Source: Candidatus Woesearchaeota archaeon
GTDB lineage: Archaea > Nanobdellota > Nanobdellia > SCGC-AAA011-G17 > PNOQ01
NCBI GenBank assembly: GCA_964471565.1
Contig: CAYYFK010000001.1
Span: forward strand, 36,692-100,691
DNA length: 64,000 nucleotides
Direction: 5' to 3'
Below, piece by piece: positions 26,686 to 37,566 of the stretch. Made by a program: the position numbers and the translations under genes. The notes beneath the pieces were generated by a model. It had not been told where the DNA came from and made no database searches. It saw nothing but the letters and a program-made list of their open reading frames with translations. The number at the start of each line of letters is the position of its first letter. Positions within the stretch are counted from its first letter, which is position 1.

Positions 26686-28701
26686 TCATTTATTTAACTT
26701 TCTAATTGGATTTTTCTGCTCCATGGAAAAAATAACAAATGGTCTATTATCCAAATATTTTCTAACTTTTATATTATCTATAATAACACTTCCCTTCAAA
26801 AAACTGTCTGCATTAAAATTAACCATGCCAATTTCTGAAATTAAATCAAAATTCTCCAAGTTCAAAGCAGATTCCTCATTAAAATAAAAATCAAAATTGG
26901 TATCGGATTTCTGAACAATACTAATATCATTCCAAATAAAATGGTCATACATAATTCCAGTAGGTTCCCACCCATCATATTGATGATTATAAACTAAAAA
27001 TTCATTTATGGCTTCTTCTCCACCAAATTTTAGACGTGCACCAAACCTATCTCCATCTAAATTTTTAATTCCCACTTCTCCCCTACTAAAATGGGTAAAA
27101 TAAATAGAAAAATCAACAGCAACCTCGTTAAGGGATTTATTCATAGATTTAGAATCGACTCCCCCTGGCCTATACAATGGCAACCAACTGAGATAATCAG
27201 AAATAAATTCTCCAGAAATAGTTTCATCCTTTTCTGTTTGAATAAATACCTTATCTTCTGAGCTATCCGAACAAAGAAGATTTTGCTTACTTGTGGCATA
27301 CTCTATAACTGCTCCCACCTTGCTTCCATAATTATGGCATTGACTATTGCAACCAAAATAATACATTCCAATTTGATTTGAACCAATGTCATCTTTAACA
27401 ATAACTGGGTCTTCGACCCTAAGAAAATTATATTCTTTGGTTCCAGTCAAAAAAGGGTTTTTTGAATATCTTGTCCAATTAATTAAATCTGTACTATGGG
27501 CAGCACCCAAGAAAAGCTTGAAATTACCTACTTCCTCCCCCCCATTATAAGTCATCAAATATTGTCCAGGAGACAATTCAATTAATTTAGGGTTCGCAAC
27601 GTGTTTCCCATCCCATTCACCCGATTCCCCTAAAAAACCTGCAGACCCATTATGCATAGGGGTCCAATTATATCCATCATCTGAAGTAGCAAAAAAAATC
27701 TGGAAATGATTCAGGCTAGGATCAATTCCTTCCATTCCCATAATATATCCTCCAGTAGAAAGTTTTATCATGTATGGAATAGAAGGTTTTACATTAGAAA
27801 CTCCATCCTGCCCATAAAATTGATATTCTGTCAGTACAGGATTCCCAATATATTTTTCCCAGTTTATACCATCATATGAAGTAGCAATACCAATTCCATA
27901 ATTATCGCTCGAATTTTTACCGACATAATTCATTAAATAATAATTTTCATCCAGCTTAATAACATTTCCAGTGGCAATTGTACTATCATCCCATTCTCCA
28001 ATTTCTCCTTGACCTAAAACAAGAACGCCATCCGACCACTCTGTTCTTTTAAGTCCTTCAGAAACTGTCCTAAATATTCTGGATCCATCCACCCCAGATC
28101 CATACCCCATATAATACCCAATATAGTGTTCATCTTCAACGACCATATATCCTTTTTCATCAATCATGGGGGCAAATCCCCTAATGCTCTTATTATCTAG
28201 GCCATCTCCATGAGGTTCAATAATAGGGTTTTTCTCGTCCTGTTCCCAAATACCAAGAGAAAACTTATCAAATATTTTAGGGCATTTCCTATTTCCAGAA
28301 TAATCATCAAAATATAAAAAAGTACTATATCCGTCACTTAAACTATTGGCATCATCATTTCCATAATAAAGATAAATTTTATTTTTTATAGCCCCTTTTT
28401 TTGAAGAAGGCAATTTCACCCAAAATTTAGAATTCTCCTTTACATTACATTCCTCTGTCCAAAAATCAAGCAAATTACCACTATAATCTGTAAACCGAAT
28501 ATCTGAGCAATCATAATTTATTTTGCCTCCCTTGTATTCCCTAGCAAATCCCTTATTTATCTCAATTTGGTAGTCGCTAACATCCTCAAAAGATGCAATA
28601 TTCACTGGGATCCTATACTCCCAATTACTTAACCAAGCATAGCTTGGACTAGCTAAGGACAAAAAAATCAAAAATACCAGTAAACTTTTCCATAATTTCA
28701 T
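26686..28701 (-). CDS. Secreted DUF2341-domain protein fused to a 5-bladed beta-propeller glycoside-hydrolase-like domain
   Basis: After the signal: WLSNWEYRIPV...DCSDIRFTD...FWVKLP...IYLYYGNDDA (DUF2341 pattern). Then repeated blades (GINWEKYIGNPVL, NWTRYSKNPFL) like GH43/32/130. Confidence 0.5.
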   Translation of the reverse strand: MKLWKSLLVFLIFLSLASPSYAWLSNWEYRIPVNIASFEDVSDYQIEINKGFAREYKGGKINYDCSDIRFTDYSGNLLDFWTEECNVKENSKFWVKLPSSKKGAIKNKIYLYYGNDDANSLSDGYSTFLYFDDYSGNRKCPKIFDKFSLGIWEQDEKNPIIEPHGDGLDNKSIRGFAPMIDEKGYMVVEDEHYIGYYMGYGSGVDGSRIFRTVSEGLKRTEWSDGVLVLGQGEIGEWDDSTIATGNVIKLDENYYLMNYVGKNSSDNYGIGIATSYDGINWEKYIGNPVLTEYQFYGQDGVSNVKPSIPYMIKLSTGGYIMGMEGIDPSLNHFQIFFATSDDGYNWTPMHNGSAGFLGESGEWDGKHVANPKLIELSPGQYLMTYNGGEEVGNFKLFLGAAHSTDLINWTRYSKNPFLTGTKEYNFLRVEDPVIVKDDIGSNQIGMYYFGCNSQCHNYGSKVGAVIEYATSKQNLLCSDSSEDKVFIQTEKDETISGEFISDYLSWLPLYRPGGVDSKSMNKSLNEVAVDFSIYFTHFSRGEVGIKNLDGDRFGARLKFGGEEAINEFLVYNHQYDGWEPTGIMYDHFIWNDISIVQKSDTNFDFYFNEESALNLENFDLISEIGMVNFNADSFLKGSVIIDNIKVRKYLDNRPFVIFSMEQKNPIRKLNK

Positions 28702-28733
28702 AAAATTTAAAATCTTACTAAACTTATAAAGGT

Positions 28734-29933
28734 TTATTTTCTTCTTTTTCTAAAGTAAATAAACCACCCTATATTGATAAGTACCAAAACAACCAAAGCA
28801 ATTACAATCACATTATTCTTATCCATTCCAGGCCCATTGGCTATCACCGCGCCAGTTCCAAAAAAATCAAACTTAATTGAATTTAAACTAATAATTGTTT
28901 TGACATTTTTCTCTATTTTTTCATCATCATAATTTAAAATTATTTTAAAGTTATATTCTCCTTCTTCTACCCCCGCAGAATCCCAGAAAGCGGTTAACTC
29001 CATTTTAGACATTGGAGGAATATCCTCGGAGGCACTCTTGAATCTGCCTATTTCTTCACTTAAATCCATAACAATTAATTCAACAAATGCATCACTTATT
29101 TCTTCAGACCAACGGTTATCAACCAGAATATCAAATCTGGCAATCTCTCCGAGTCTAAAGTTTTTAACGGTTATATCTATAACCTCTACATTCTTTTCTC
29201 CAACATCAAATATCAAATCACCATAACTTACTTCACCATCATAAGTTAATGTAAGCTTAGCATAATATTTCCCTATATTTATTGGGCCATTCCAAGTAGC
29301 CTGAAATTCTTTTCTATTTTGTGCATCTATAGAATCCAGCTTAGTCTCTAATGTAATTATTTTCTCATTAGTCAAACCATATATATCTATTATCCCTTTG
29401 GCATTTACTATTTTTTGATTCCCAAGATTGCTAGCTACAATTCTAAAATCCACTTGATCTATTCTTCCCGTCTCTATTATGTTTAAATCAGAAATAACAT
29501 ATTTCCCAGGATAAGGAACCTTTATTCTTAATTGATGTACAACTGCTACACTTGCCCCCATCATGGTATCCGATGTAGCATAATCTTTTGGAATTTCCCT
29601 TACAACTATTTTGACATCATGGTCTCCAGGGATACCAAATTTATTAGGTAAATTATATGAATATCGAATGGTTTTTGATTCCTCTCCTTCTATAAATTCC
29701 AATTCATAATCTTCAAGTCTCACAACGTTTGCATCATCTCCCTCTAAATAGATAACAACTTTCATTTCTTTATTCTCAGTATTAATTATTTTCAAACTAA
29801 TTTCATCTTCCAACCCTGGTTCAAAATCTACTATCTTCCTTGCTGGAGAAATTCCTAAGGCACTTACTTCATTGATAAAAATAATAAGAACTAAGAAAAA
29901 CATACAAATTCCTATTTTTTTTATTAATTTCAT
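28734..29933 (-). CDS. Surface protein, N-terminal signal and C-terminal TM anchor (paralogue of 38797..39945)
   Basis: Signal ...EVSA|LG. C-terminal VIVIALVVLVLINIGWFIYFRKRRK. Aligns by eye with 38797..39945. Start overlaps giant gene stop by 4 nt. Confidence 0.6.
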   Translation of the reverse strand: MKLIKKIGICMFFLVLIIFINEVSALGISPARKIVDFEPGLEDEISLKIINTENKEMKVVIYLEGDDANVVRLEDYELEFIEGEESKTIRYSYNLPNKFGIPGDHDVKIVVREIPKDYATSDTMMGASVAVVHQLRIKVPYPGKYVISDLNIIETGRIDQVDFRIVASNLGNQKIVNAKGIIDIYGLTNEKIITLETKLDSIDAQNRKEFQATWNGPINIGKYYAKLTLTYDGEVSYGDLIFDVGEKNVEVIDITVKNFRLGEIARFDILVDNRWSEEISDAFVELIVMDLSEEIGRFKSASEDIPPMSKMELTAFWDSAGVEEGEYNFKIILNYDDEKIEKNVKTIISLNSIKFDFFGTGAVIANGPGMDKNNVIVIALVVLVLINIGWFIYFRKRRK

Positions 29934-32900
29934 TCTGTTAAGCTACTCTCAAACAATATATATGAGGTTTTGTTTCCTGCAGGCTCATCTGAAGGAAGTT
30001 CTATTAATATTTCACATTGCGCAGTATCATTAGTATCTTGATATTTCAATGAATCAATAGCAATAACTTGTGCAGTGGCCATGTTTGTCCAAGTAACAAA
30101 AGAGTTCAACCAATCAAATGCTGTTTCTTCACTACTATTATCAATTCTAAACTGGTAGTATGAAGTATCCATTGCAACAGCATCAAATAATGTGGTCGCA
30201 TTAACGCTAATATTAATTAAAGCATTACCATCATTTTTAACTACGATTGGTGTAGGGCTTTCATCAGTGGTATTATCCATATCTCCCGTATATAATCTCC
30301 CAAAATTGGGAGATTCATTAATCAAACTAACCGCCAAGAGAGATTGGACAGTAAAATTATACGGATCACTCCAAACTCCCAAGTCAGAGGAATCATTAGC
30401 CCTAACTCTCCACCAATAACTTAAATCTAAATCTAAATCACTAAGGATAGTATACTCATTAGTCGCAGGAGAAACATTTATTATAATCGGTTCTGAAAAA
30501 GCATCACTATCATCTAACTCCAGCAAGTAGGTTAAACTATCTCCATCAGCATCATTAGGAATACTCCAATTTGATGTCTCAGTCCTATCTACTGTTATGT
30601 TTAAATTTGCCGGGCTATCTAAAACAACTTGATTTGGGGGTTTATTCAAAATAAGTAGGGGATTTGATAAAGTAACCGGACCATCTTCCTCTAGATCATT
30701 TGGAGTTATAGCAACAGACCAATTATGTGTTTTCACTGTACCATTAGATAGAATTCTCATAGGAGAATGATTTGCTAACCCCGCTTGATAATTAGCTAAA
30801 ATTTGTTCACTTGAAAGGGATTCATTATATATTCTTAGTTCATCTACACTTCCATTAAACATTCTACCTGGATAATAGGTATCTCTTCCTACCAGCACAT
30901 CAATACTTGAATCTCTTATATTCCCAGTATATTCTTCGCCCTCTGTCCTTACTCCATCAATATATAAAGAAATATTTTGTCGATCATAAACTCCAACAAC
31001 ATGGTGCCACCCTCCTACAGAAACCCCCCCAGAAGTAGTTGCAGAATAGGCTTGATCGGCAGCTGCAGCGCCCAATATTCTGAATTGTACATCTCCGCTT
31101 GTCCAAGCCCTAAGCAAAAAAGAGTTTCTATGGCCTGCAGTTCCTTCTGCAGCACCAGACCCCTTCATAACAAAAGATTGGTAATCAAGATCTTTAGATT
31201 TATTTACCCATATTTCTACAGTTAGTTCTTTAGTTATATTCAAACTATCGGTGTGACTAAAATTAATATATGGTCTTACACTTTCATTTGGATTAAGAGA
31301 ATACGCTCCCCCCTTTGCTCCACTATTTATCCATACAGGGTAATTTAGTGAAGAGCCACCCTCCCATTGCTGGAGAGTACCATTATTTCCAAAAGTAGAA
31401 TAATCTTTTATTATATTTAAAGCAATAGAAGATTCATTTGAATCAAAAGGAGCATTCAAAACAGCCGAAGAATTTCCATTCAACCTCCAATCTGTTATGT
31501 TATAAATTCCATCTCCATCATTATCTACATAAGTATCAAAATAAACAGTTAAATTTTCATCGGTGTAATTAGTATTGCTATCTGAAGTTGTATTTAATAG
31601 AACATTTGTGTATGCTGATGGAATGGTATTCAAAATAGTTATATTGCTAGAATTCCCCCATCCACCAAAAATAGTGCCATCATGCAATCTTATACTACAA
31701 TTCCATACCTCCCACTTGGTAGTATTTGAACTATTTAGGGTTGCATTAAATAATGTTCCGCTTGCATAAGAATCATTGTAGTCCTGACTCAACCATAGAA
31801 CTGAATTATTATACCACCTTACACTAACATTTAATTTATTAGAATCTGGATCAGTTATTGTAGCTGAACAATTTAAGTTTTGAGTAGTATAATTTGTTGG
31901 CCCGCCTGTAGCATTTAAAAGAGGACTTGGGGTATTGGGAGCAACATTACTAGTCCCTGTAGTAAAATTATAAGTTCCAGTTTCGTTACAATTATTCTCA
32001 TAATCACAAGAGGTTAAATTATAATAATATATTGTACCTTCTGACAACCCAGATAGATTAAAAGAATGGAATAATCCCAAACTTAAGTTTCCATAAGTTG
32101 TTCCTAGGGAAACAGTTCCCCCATAATTAAGGGAGGCATTTGAAGATTCTTGACTAGTCCAATTTATATCTACAGTAGTATAGCCAGTTGTATTAGTTCT
32201 ATTAAGTACCCAAGGAATTTCTTCGGTTGCCGAGAATATTGAATTATAATCTAGGTTATACTTCTTTTGTTGTTCTGTAAAGTTATATCTTATGCCAGTA
32301 TTATTTTCCCAAGATACATTTTGATTGGAGTTATTTAAAATGATTATATTATCGTGGGTTGTAAAATTAGTATTTGAGAAATTTGTTCCATTATCTGAAA
32401 ATCCATAGATATAGCTTTGGTTGTGCACATAAATTCTATTATTATAGACTTGGAGATTAGTTACATTTCTAGGATTTTCATACTTAGCATTCTTTGCTAC
32501 AATGGCCATTGGGCTTTCAGTCCTATTATAATTTGGACAAAAGAAGGTATTATTGTAAATTGTTGTATTGTGTCCTGCCCTTGTTACAAACCCTTCAAAA
32601 TTTGTTTGATTTTCCATAGTATTATTATATGCCCGATATAATGTTTCATGTTTGGATAAAATTCCATATCCCCCCCCTATTACACGATTATATCTTATTG
32701 TAGTATTAAACGTGCTTGCTGTAAATAGTGGGTGTTTACTTGTATGAACCCTTGCCATCCTAATTGTATTATTTTCTATAATTGTATCATTCATATCTCC
32801 TTGAAAATTAGTAACTGTATCTTCCCCAACATAAATTGAATATCCTGCAGGAACAGATATTGCAGAAACATTATGATCTATGGCATTATTCCTTATAGTC

Positions 32901-35900
32901 ATATTTTTGTTTGGTCCGTTGCCTGCTCCTTTTATGTGGATTGGGACCCCATCACTTATGTAAAAAGAGTTATTTTCGAACAAACTATTAGAAACATTAA
33001 TCACCCTAATTGCATATCCATTTGTTGATCCAGTACTCATATTAAGGAATCTTGTATCATTCCCCCATACATTATTTTGTATTTTCAACCCACCATTGTT
33101 ATTTGCAGATGCATGGATTGAAACCCATGCTCCAGAAAAATTTCCATGCCAGAAAGTATTATTTTTTATTAATAGGTTTTGGCTATTATTTATTGTTATT
33201 CCATACCTATTAATATAATCATTTTGATTTCCAAATTGATTATCTTTAATTTGCCAATTAGAACCAATATTATTTACTTCTATACAAGAAGAGCTAGAAT
33301 TTTCAAAATAATTTCCTTGAATAATTGTATTATTTGGAGAAGGTCCATAATATTTTATATGTGTACTAGTTAATTTATATGTAAAATTATTATTCTTTAT
33401 TGTTACATTTGAAGAATCATAACCAGATATTCCAGTCCCGGTATTATTGAAAACATTATCTTCAATGTGCCAATTATGTCTTGGACCGGGGGAGCCGCCA
33501 TAATCATACATTGCTATTCCATAACTTGTTGTATTCACAAAGGTATTATTATAAAGATTTATCACTCCAGTTCCCTGGTCTGCCCAAATTCCATCCTCTG
33601 TATTATTCCCATCTATGACAAAACCCTTAAACGTAACATTATTTGCTCCTGTAATAAATCTTATAACAATAGAAGAAGCACTAGTATTTGCTTGTATTAC
33701 TGCTTGTGATTTATTATAAGAAATAAAAGTTCTATTCTGTACATTCTTATCCATAATTAATAAGTAGTTTGATGCATAAGATTGTTCCCTGTATAATCCA
33801 TCTCCAACATAAATAATCGCATTTGCTCCCGCTGTATTTTCTGCATAATTTATAGTCTTCCATGCATCTTTCCAAGAAGTTCCAGCATTAGTATCGTCCC
33901 CATTCTTAGAAACATAATAAGTATTATTAAATTCTTTAAGAGTAAACTCACTTGAATTACCCCACTCACTTCCAGCAAGGCTATCATTTAATCTCATAGC
34001 ACAATGCCAGCTATCTCCTTCGGCCGTATTTCCAGAATCCAAAGATCTATTGAACAAAGTTCCACTAATATAACTATTAGTAGAATTAGTAAAATTTCCT
34101 TCGACTATGTAATCATTACTTCTATACCACCTTACTGTAACATTCATTTTATCAGAATCTGGATCAGTTATTGTAGCAGAACAGTTTAAATCGACAATGG
34201 GAGAATTAGATCCGTCTGTGGTATTTAGAATTGGGCTTGGGTTATTTGGAGCACTATTAGCAGTTCCAAACTCAAAGAAAATAGATTTATCACTTGTTAA
34301 ATTAACCTCCTTAAATTGTCCATCATAACTAGAATGATTAACTACAATAGTGTAATTGGTTTTATATCCATAATTTCCATGGGTCCTATTAATCAAACGT
34401 TCAGTTAGGTTTTGTCTAACTATATTACCATTAATATCTGTTGTAAGATTAAAAACAAGATTATTGGATTTAAATTTAGGCTTGCTCCCACCAGTATTAT
34501 TATATCCCTGAACAACAGAATCCGAAAGATTGCTATTATCAGTAGATAAATTGGTTTTAACATCCAAAAACCATTTAACCTCAAAAGAGTTCCACCCCCT
34601 ATCCCACTGAATATTTCCTGAAGAAGTATTTAATAACGTGTTATTTTCATCTCGTTCTCCGTTCGCCATTCGAAAATTAAGAGAGGATCCAGACACAATA
34701 GAATTAATAAAAGTATTATAAGTTAAATTGGACATATAAAGTGCAGTAGCAGCAGTAATACTAACATTATTGAAAGTATTGCTCTCAGAATGGTAAGTAA
34801 GCCCCCCATATGTGCCTGCAGCATTACAGCTTGAATTTACTATGTGCCCATAAAGGCTTCTACTCATATACATACAATTTGAGTTAGAATCAAAATTAGC
34901 AGAAGTAAGATTAAAATTATCTGTCTCGTGAACATATAAGGCATAGGAGGAAGAGCCCGCCCCAGTAAAATTATTTACAATTAACCCATCGATAGTATGA
35001 GCATATAAACAATAAGTTCCACAAGAACCAACAGAGTTATTTATTAAAGAAATGTCATTAAGACTTCGAGCATAAACTCCCGTAGTAGTAGAAGAAATGA
35101 TATTATTATTAGTAATATTATTAAAAGGACCGTTTGGATAAAGATAAAAACCATATTTATTCCCCTTAAGAGTATTATTATCAAATATATTATTCCTAGA
35201 AGTACTTTGAACAGAGTAGAATGCTGCTGAAGCAGTTTGGGAAGTATGGTTTTCAATTCTATTATCAACCATAGTGCTATTTTGAAAGTTTAACCCAAAA
35301 TCAATTCCATAGTCTTGTGAAGAATCTGTAGTATATATCGTATTATTAGTTATAGTCCAGTTTCCACCATAGCTTAAAAGCATTCCATGATCTGTATTAT
35401 CATAAATTATATTATTTTTTACAATAATATCATATAAATAGGTAACATATATTCCCCATCTATTACTACTAATATTATTGTTACTAAAATTTAACCCATA
35501 AGATCTAGTTGATGAAGAGGCCCTAATGCCTGCCCCACCAGTAATGTTATAAAAAGTATTGCCATCTACTAACCCCCCATTTGTATTTTTAAAATCGATT
35601 CCTAATAATGAACCAGAACCCTGGTAATTCTTAAAAGTATTATTTACAAAAGAAACATTGCTACTAGTCTGAGATTTAATTCCATAATCATACAACTCAG
35701 TAAAAGTATTATTCAGCCAAAGGTTATTATTTCCCCAATTAAATCCGCCCATAGCAAATTGTTTAATATGACAATTTTTTACTGTTATTCCATGTTTATT
35801 ATAAGCTATCCATATTCCCCAATTAGAATCATCCACATTATCTCCATCTATTATATGTCCATCACAATCCAAAACAGTATTGGTAGCAAGAGATAATCCA

Positions 35901-37474
35901 TTTGCAGCACAGTTAGTTATATCATTCTCCATAATCACAGTACCAGAAATTGCTTGTCCACAACTCAAAACATCATTATAAGCATAGGCAATCTGATTTC
36001 CAAATTCAAATTTTAAATAATGCTTAGCATCAGTCAAAACTTTACTAATTTCAATTCCAGTTTCTAAACAAGAGTAATTTTCAACAAAAACAGAGCCATT
36101 CTCCCATAAATATCCAACGCTCTCATTTCCGCATTTCAAATCTAAAAACTGTAAATCTAAATCATTCTTTTCTTTTATGTCCCAAGTTGTTCCATTAAAT
36201 GGTTTTATACTTAAATTGGCAGTTCCTGTTGTATTAAATCTTACAGTCCAATTTCCGCCCACATATGGATAACTTTGAACATTTAAAATTATAATCTCAA
36301 TTTCAAATTCTTTTTGTTTATCTAAAACTGGAATAATCCATTCAATATAATCAATCAAACCATCCTCATCTAAATCTTTAGTTTCAAATTCTCTCTCTAA
36401 CCGTCCTTCCTTTTCTAAAATATACAAATCAATACTTTCCTTAGGAACATTATCTAAATAAGTGTAGACTAAAACATTTTCAAACTCTTTTCCGCTTACA
36501 AAAACCTTCTTTCTCTCATTTCCAAGTTCAACTTCTTTAGATTCAGGACCAGGAGTAGAATATTTTATCAAAAACTCTTTAGAAGGATTCTTTATAGAAA
36601 GTTTATTTTCATCTAACTCATAAACTACTTCTCCAGTAGTTCTAAAAACATCCTTGAAAAAATTAAAAACAACATTGCCTGTAATCAAATTTTCGGATTC
36701 CTTTTCTTTACCCTTCTCAACAAAATCTTCATCATAGCCTATTTCATAATATTCTATATCAAAAACATCCTCAGGCAATTCAACATCATACAAATCTATT
36801 CTATTTTTTAACTTAACCTTCTTTTCCCAAACAACAGGTTGGTTAATTACAACCCCCAAATTCTTCAATGAAACCTCCTCAATCAAAGTTTCATTTACAA
36901 TTTCTACTACTTCATCCAAACTTAAATTTAACACACTATCATTTTTCACATGACTAGAAATATTTTCATCAAAGGTAGATTCATTATCCTCGGGGGTTGT
37001 TTCATTTAAATCAGTAGATTCATTATGTTCAAAAGTAGAATCATTTATTTCTGTAGAAATATTTTGTTTAACTCCCCCTATACCTTCATCCTCCAAACTA
37101 TTTTCAAAAGAGGGTTCTTCTTCAAAAATCTCTTCCTCAGAATCATCTTCTGGAAGTTTTTCTTCTTTCAATTCTTCTTGTGCAGGTTCCTCTAACTGTC
37201 CCTCCCCAGAAAGGCCAGCCACACCTTCTGAACCACTTTCAATATCAGATATTTCAACAACATCAAATCCTTGATAAGCAAACATTCCTAAAAAACCAAA
37301 TAAAAAAAGTAGTGCAACTAAAAAAAATAAAGTAAAAAAAGAAGTATTTCTCTTGGTAGGATCACTAGTTCCTAAATAAACACTTTTTACTTTGCCATCT
37401 TTTGTTCTAACACTTTTAAAATAGTAAGGACCAAATTTCTTTCCAGCTCTAGATATATACTTCTTATAAACCAA
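29930..37474 (-). CDS. Giant (2514 aa) membrane-anchored surface glycoprotein/adhesin with beta-helix repeats, Ig/FN3-like internal repeats and a LamG-like domain
   Basis: TTG start with GAGGGG RBS. N-terminal basic region plus TM. Hundreds of N-x-S/T sequons. PbH1-like repeats (NNIIYDNTDHG...ITNNTIY). LamG signature DELRIYNESLSSEQILANY. Two ~105-aa repeats. Confidence 0.8.
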   Translation of the reverse strand: MVYKKYISRAGKKFGPYYFKSVRTKDGKVKSVYLGTSDPTKRNTSFFTLFFLVALLFLFGFLGMFAYQGFDVVEISDIESGSEGVAGLSGEGQLEEPAQEELKEEKLPEDDSEEEIFEEEPSFENSLEDEGIGGVKQNISTEINDSTFEHNESTDLNETTPEDNESTFDENISSHVKNDSVLNLSLDEVVEIVNETLIEEVSLKNLGVVINQPVVWEKKVKLKNRIDLYDVELPEDVFDIEYYEIGYDEDFVEKGKEKESENLITGNVVFNFFKDVFRTTGEVVYELDENKLSIKNPSKEFLIKYSTPGPESKEVELGNERKKVFVSGKEFENVLVYTYLDNVPKESIDLYILEKEGRLEREFETKDLDEDGLIDYIEWIIPVLDKQKEFEIEIIILNVQSYPYVGGNWTVRFNTTGTANLSIKPFNGTTWDIKEKNDLDLQFLDLKCGNESVGYLWENGSVFVENYSCLETGIEISKVLTDAKHYLKFEFGNQIAYAYNDVLSCGQAISGTVIMENDITNCAANGLSLATNTVLDCDGHIIDGDNVDDSNWGIWIAYNKHGITVKNCHIKQFAMGGFNWGNNNLWLNNTFTELYDYGIKSQTSSNVSFVNNTFKNYQGSGSLLGIDFKNTNGGLVDGNTFYNITGGAGIRASSSTRSYGLNFSNNNISSNRWGIYVTYLYDIIVKNNIIYDNTDHGMLLSYGGNWTITNNTIYTTDSSQDYGIDFGLNFQNSTMVDNRIENHTSQTASAAFYSVQSTSRNNIFDNNTLKGNKYGFYLYPNGPFNNITNNNIISSTTTGVYARSLNDISLINNSVGSCGTYCLYAHTIDGLIVNNFTGAGSSSYALYVHETDNFNLTSANFDSNSNCMYMSRSLYGHIVNSSCNAAGTYGGLTYHSESNTFNNVSITAATALYMSNLTYNTFINSIVSGSSLNFRMANGERDENNTLLNTSSGNIQWDRGWNSFEVKWFLDVKTNLSTDNSNLSDSVVQGYNNTGGSKPKFKSNNLVFNLTTDINGNIVRQNLTERLINRTHGNYGYKTNYTIVVNHSSYDGQFKEVNLTSDKSIFFEFGTANSAPNNPSPILNTTDGSNSPIVDLNCSATITDPDSDKMNVTVRWYRSNDYIVEGNFTNSTNSYISGTLFNRSLDSGNTAEGDSWHCAMRLNDSLAGSEWGNSSEFTLKEFNNTYYVSKNGDDTNAGTSWKDAWKTINYAENTAGANAIIYVGDGLYREQSYASNYLLIMDKNVQNRTFISYNKSQAVIQANTSASSIVIRFITGANNVTFKGFVIDGNNTEDGIWADQGTGVINLYNNTFVNTTSYGIAMYDYGGSPGPRHNWHIEDNVFNNTGTGISGYDSSNVTIKNNNFTYKLTSTHIKYYGPSPNNTIIQGNYFENSSSSCIEVNNIGSNWQIKDNQFGNQNDYINRYGITINNSQNLLIKNNTFWHGNFSGAWVSIHASANNNGGLKIQNNVWGNDTRFLNMSTGSTNGYAIRVINVSNSLFENNSFYISDGVPIHIKGAGNGPNKNMTIRNNAIDHNVSAISVPAGYSIYVGEDTVTNFQGDMNDTIIENNTIRMARVHTSKHPLFTASTFNTTIRYNRVIGGGYGILSKHETLYRAYNNTMENQTNFEGFVTRAGHNTTIYNNTFFCPNYNRTESPMAIVAKNAKYENPRNVTNLQVYNNRIYVHNQSYIYGFSDNGTNFSNTNFTTHDNIIILNNSNQNVSWENNTGIRYNFTEQQKKYNLDYNSIFSATEEIPWVLNRTNTTGYTTVDINWTSQESSNASLNYGGTVSLGTTYGNLSLGLFHSFNLSGLSEGTIYYYNLTSCDYENNCNETGTYNFTTGTSNVAPNTPSPLLNATGGPTNYTTQNLNCSATITDPDSNKLNVSVRWYNNSVLWLSQDYNDSYASGTLFNATLNSSNTTKWEVWNCSIRLHDGTIFGGWGNSSNITILNTIPSAYTNVLLNTTSDSNTNYTDENLTVYFDTYVDNDGDGIYNITDWRLNGNSSAVLNAPFDSNESSIALNIIKDYSTFGNNGTLQQWEGGSSLNYPVWINSGAKGGAYSLNPNESVRPYINFSHTDSLNITKELTVEIWVNKSKDLDYQSFVMKGSGAAEGTAGHRNSFLLRAWTSGDVQFRILGAAAADQAYSATTSGGVSVGGWHHVVGVYDRQNISLYIDGVRTEGEEYTGNIRDSSIDVLVGRDTYYPGRMFNGSVDELRIYNESLSSEQILANYQAGLANHSPMRILSNGTVKTHNWSVAITPNDLEEDGPVTLSNPLLILNKPPNQVVLDSPANLNITVDRTETSNWSIPNDADGDSLTYLLELDDSDAFSEPIIINVSPATNEYTILSDLDLDLSYWWRVRANDSSDLGVWSDPYNFTVQSLLAVSLINESPNFGRLYTGDMDNTTDESPTPIVVKNDGNALINISVNATTLFDAVAMDTSYYQFRIDNSSEETAFDWLNSFVTWTNMATAQVIAIDSLKYQDTNDTAQCEILIELPSDEPAGNKTSYILFESSLTE
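31631..31948 (-). repeat. Internal domain repeat copy 2 in giant gene (NVAPNTPSPLLN...CSATITDPDSNKLNVSVRWY...)
   Basis: See copy 1. The copies are about 2.3 kb apart within the same ORF. Confidence 0.7.
33944..34258 (-). repeat. Internal domain repeat copy 1 in giant gene (NSAPNNPSPILN...CSATITDPDSDKMNVTVRWY...)
   Basis: About 30-nt near-identical DNA core (agaatctggatcagttattgtagcagaaca) shared with copy 2. Protein copies about 50% identical. Confidence 0.7.
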
Positions 37475-37566
37475 TCTACACCCCTCTTTTTAATAAAAAT
37501 AAACAAGAAAAAGTGATATAAAAACCTTTCTAAATCAGTTTACCTACAAAATAATAAAAAGAAAAA

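Noticed and set aside
31631-34258. Near-identical repeats inside the giant gene, and the P1/P2 variable patch, considered as template/variable repeats of a diversity-generating retroelement
   Set aside because: No reverse transcriptase (no YxDD-containing ORF) or accessory gene is present in the window. The substitutions are not adenine-specific. Domain duplication or gene duplication explains them better.
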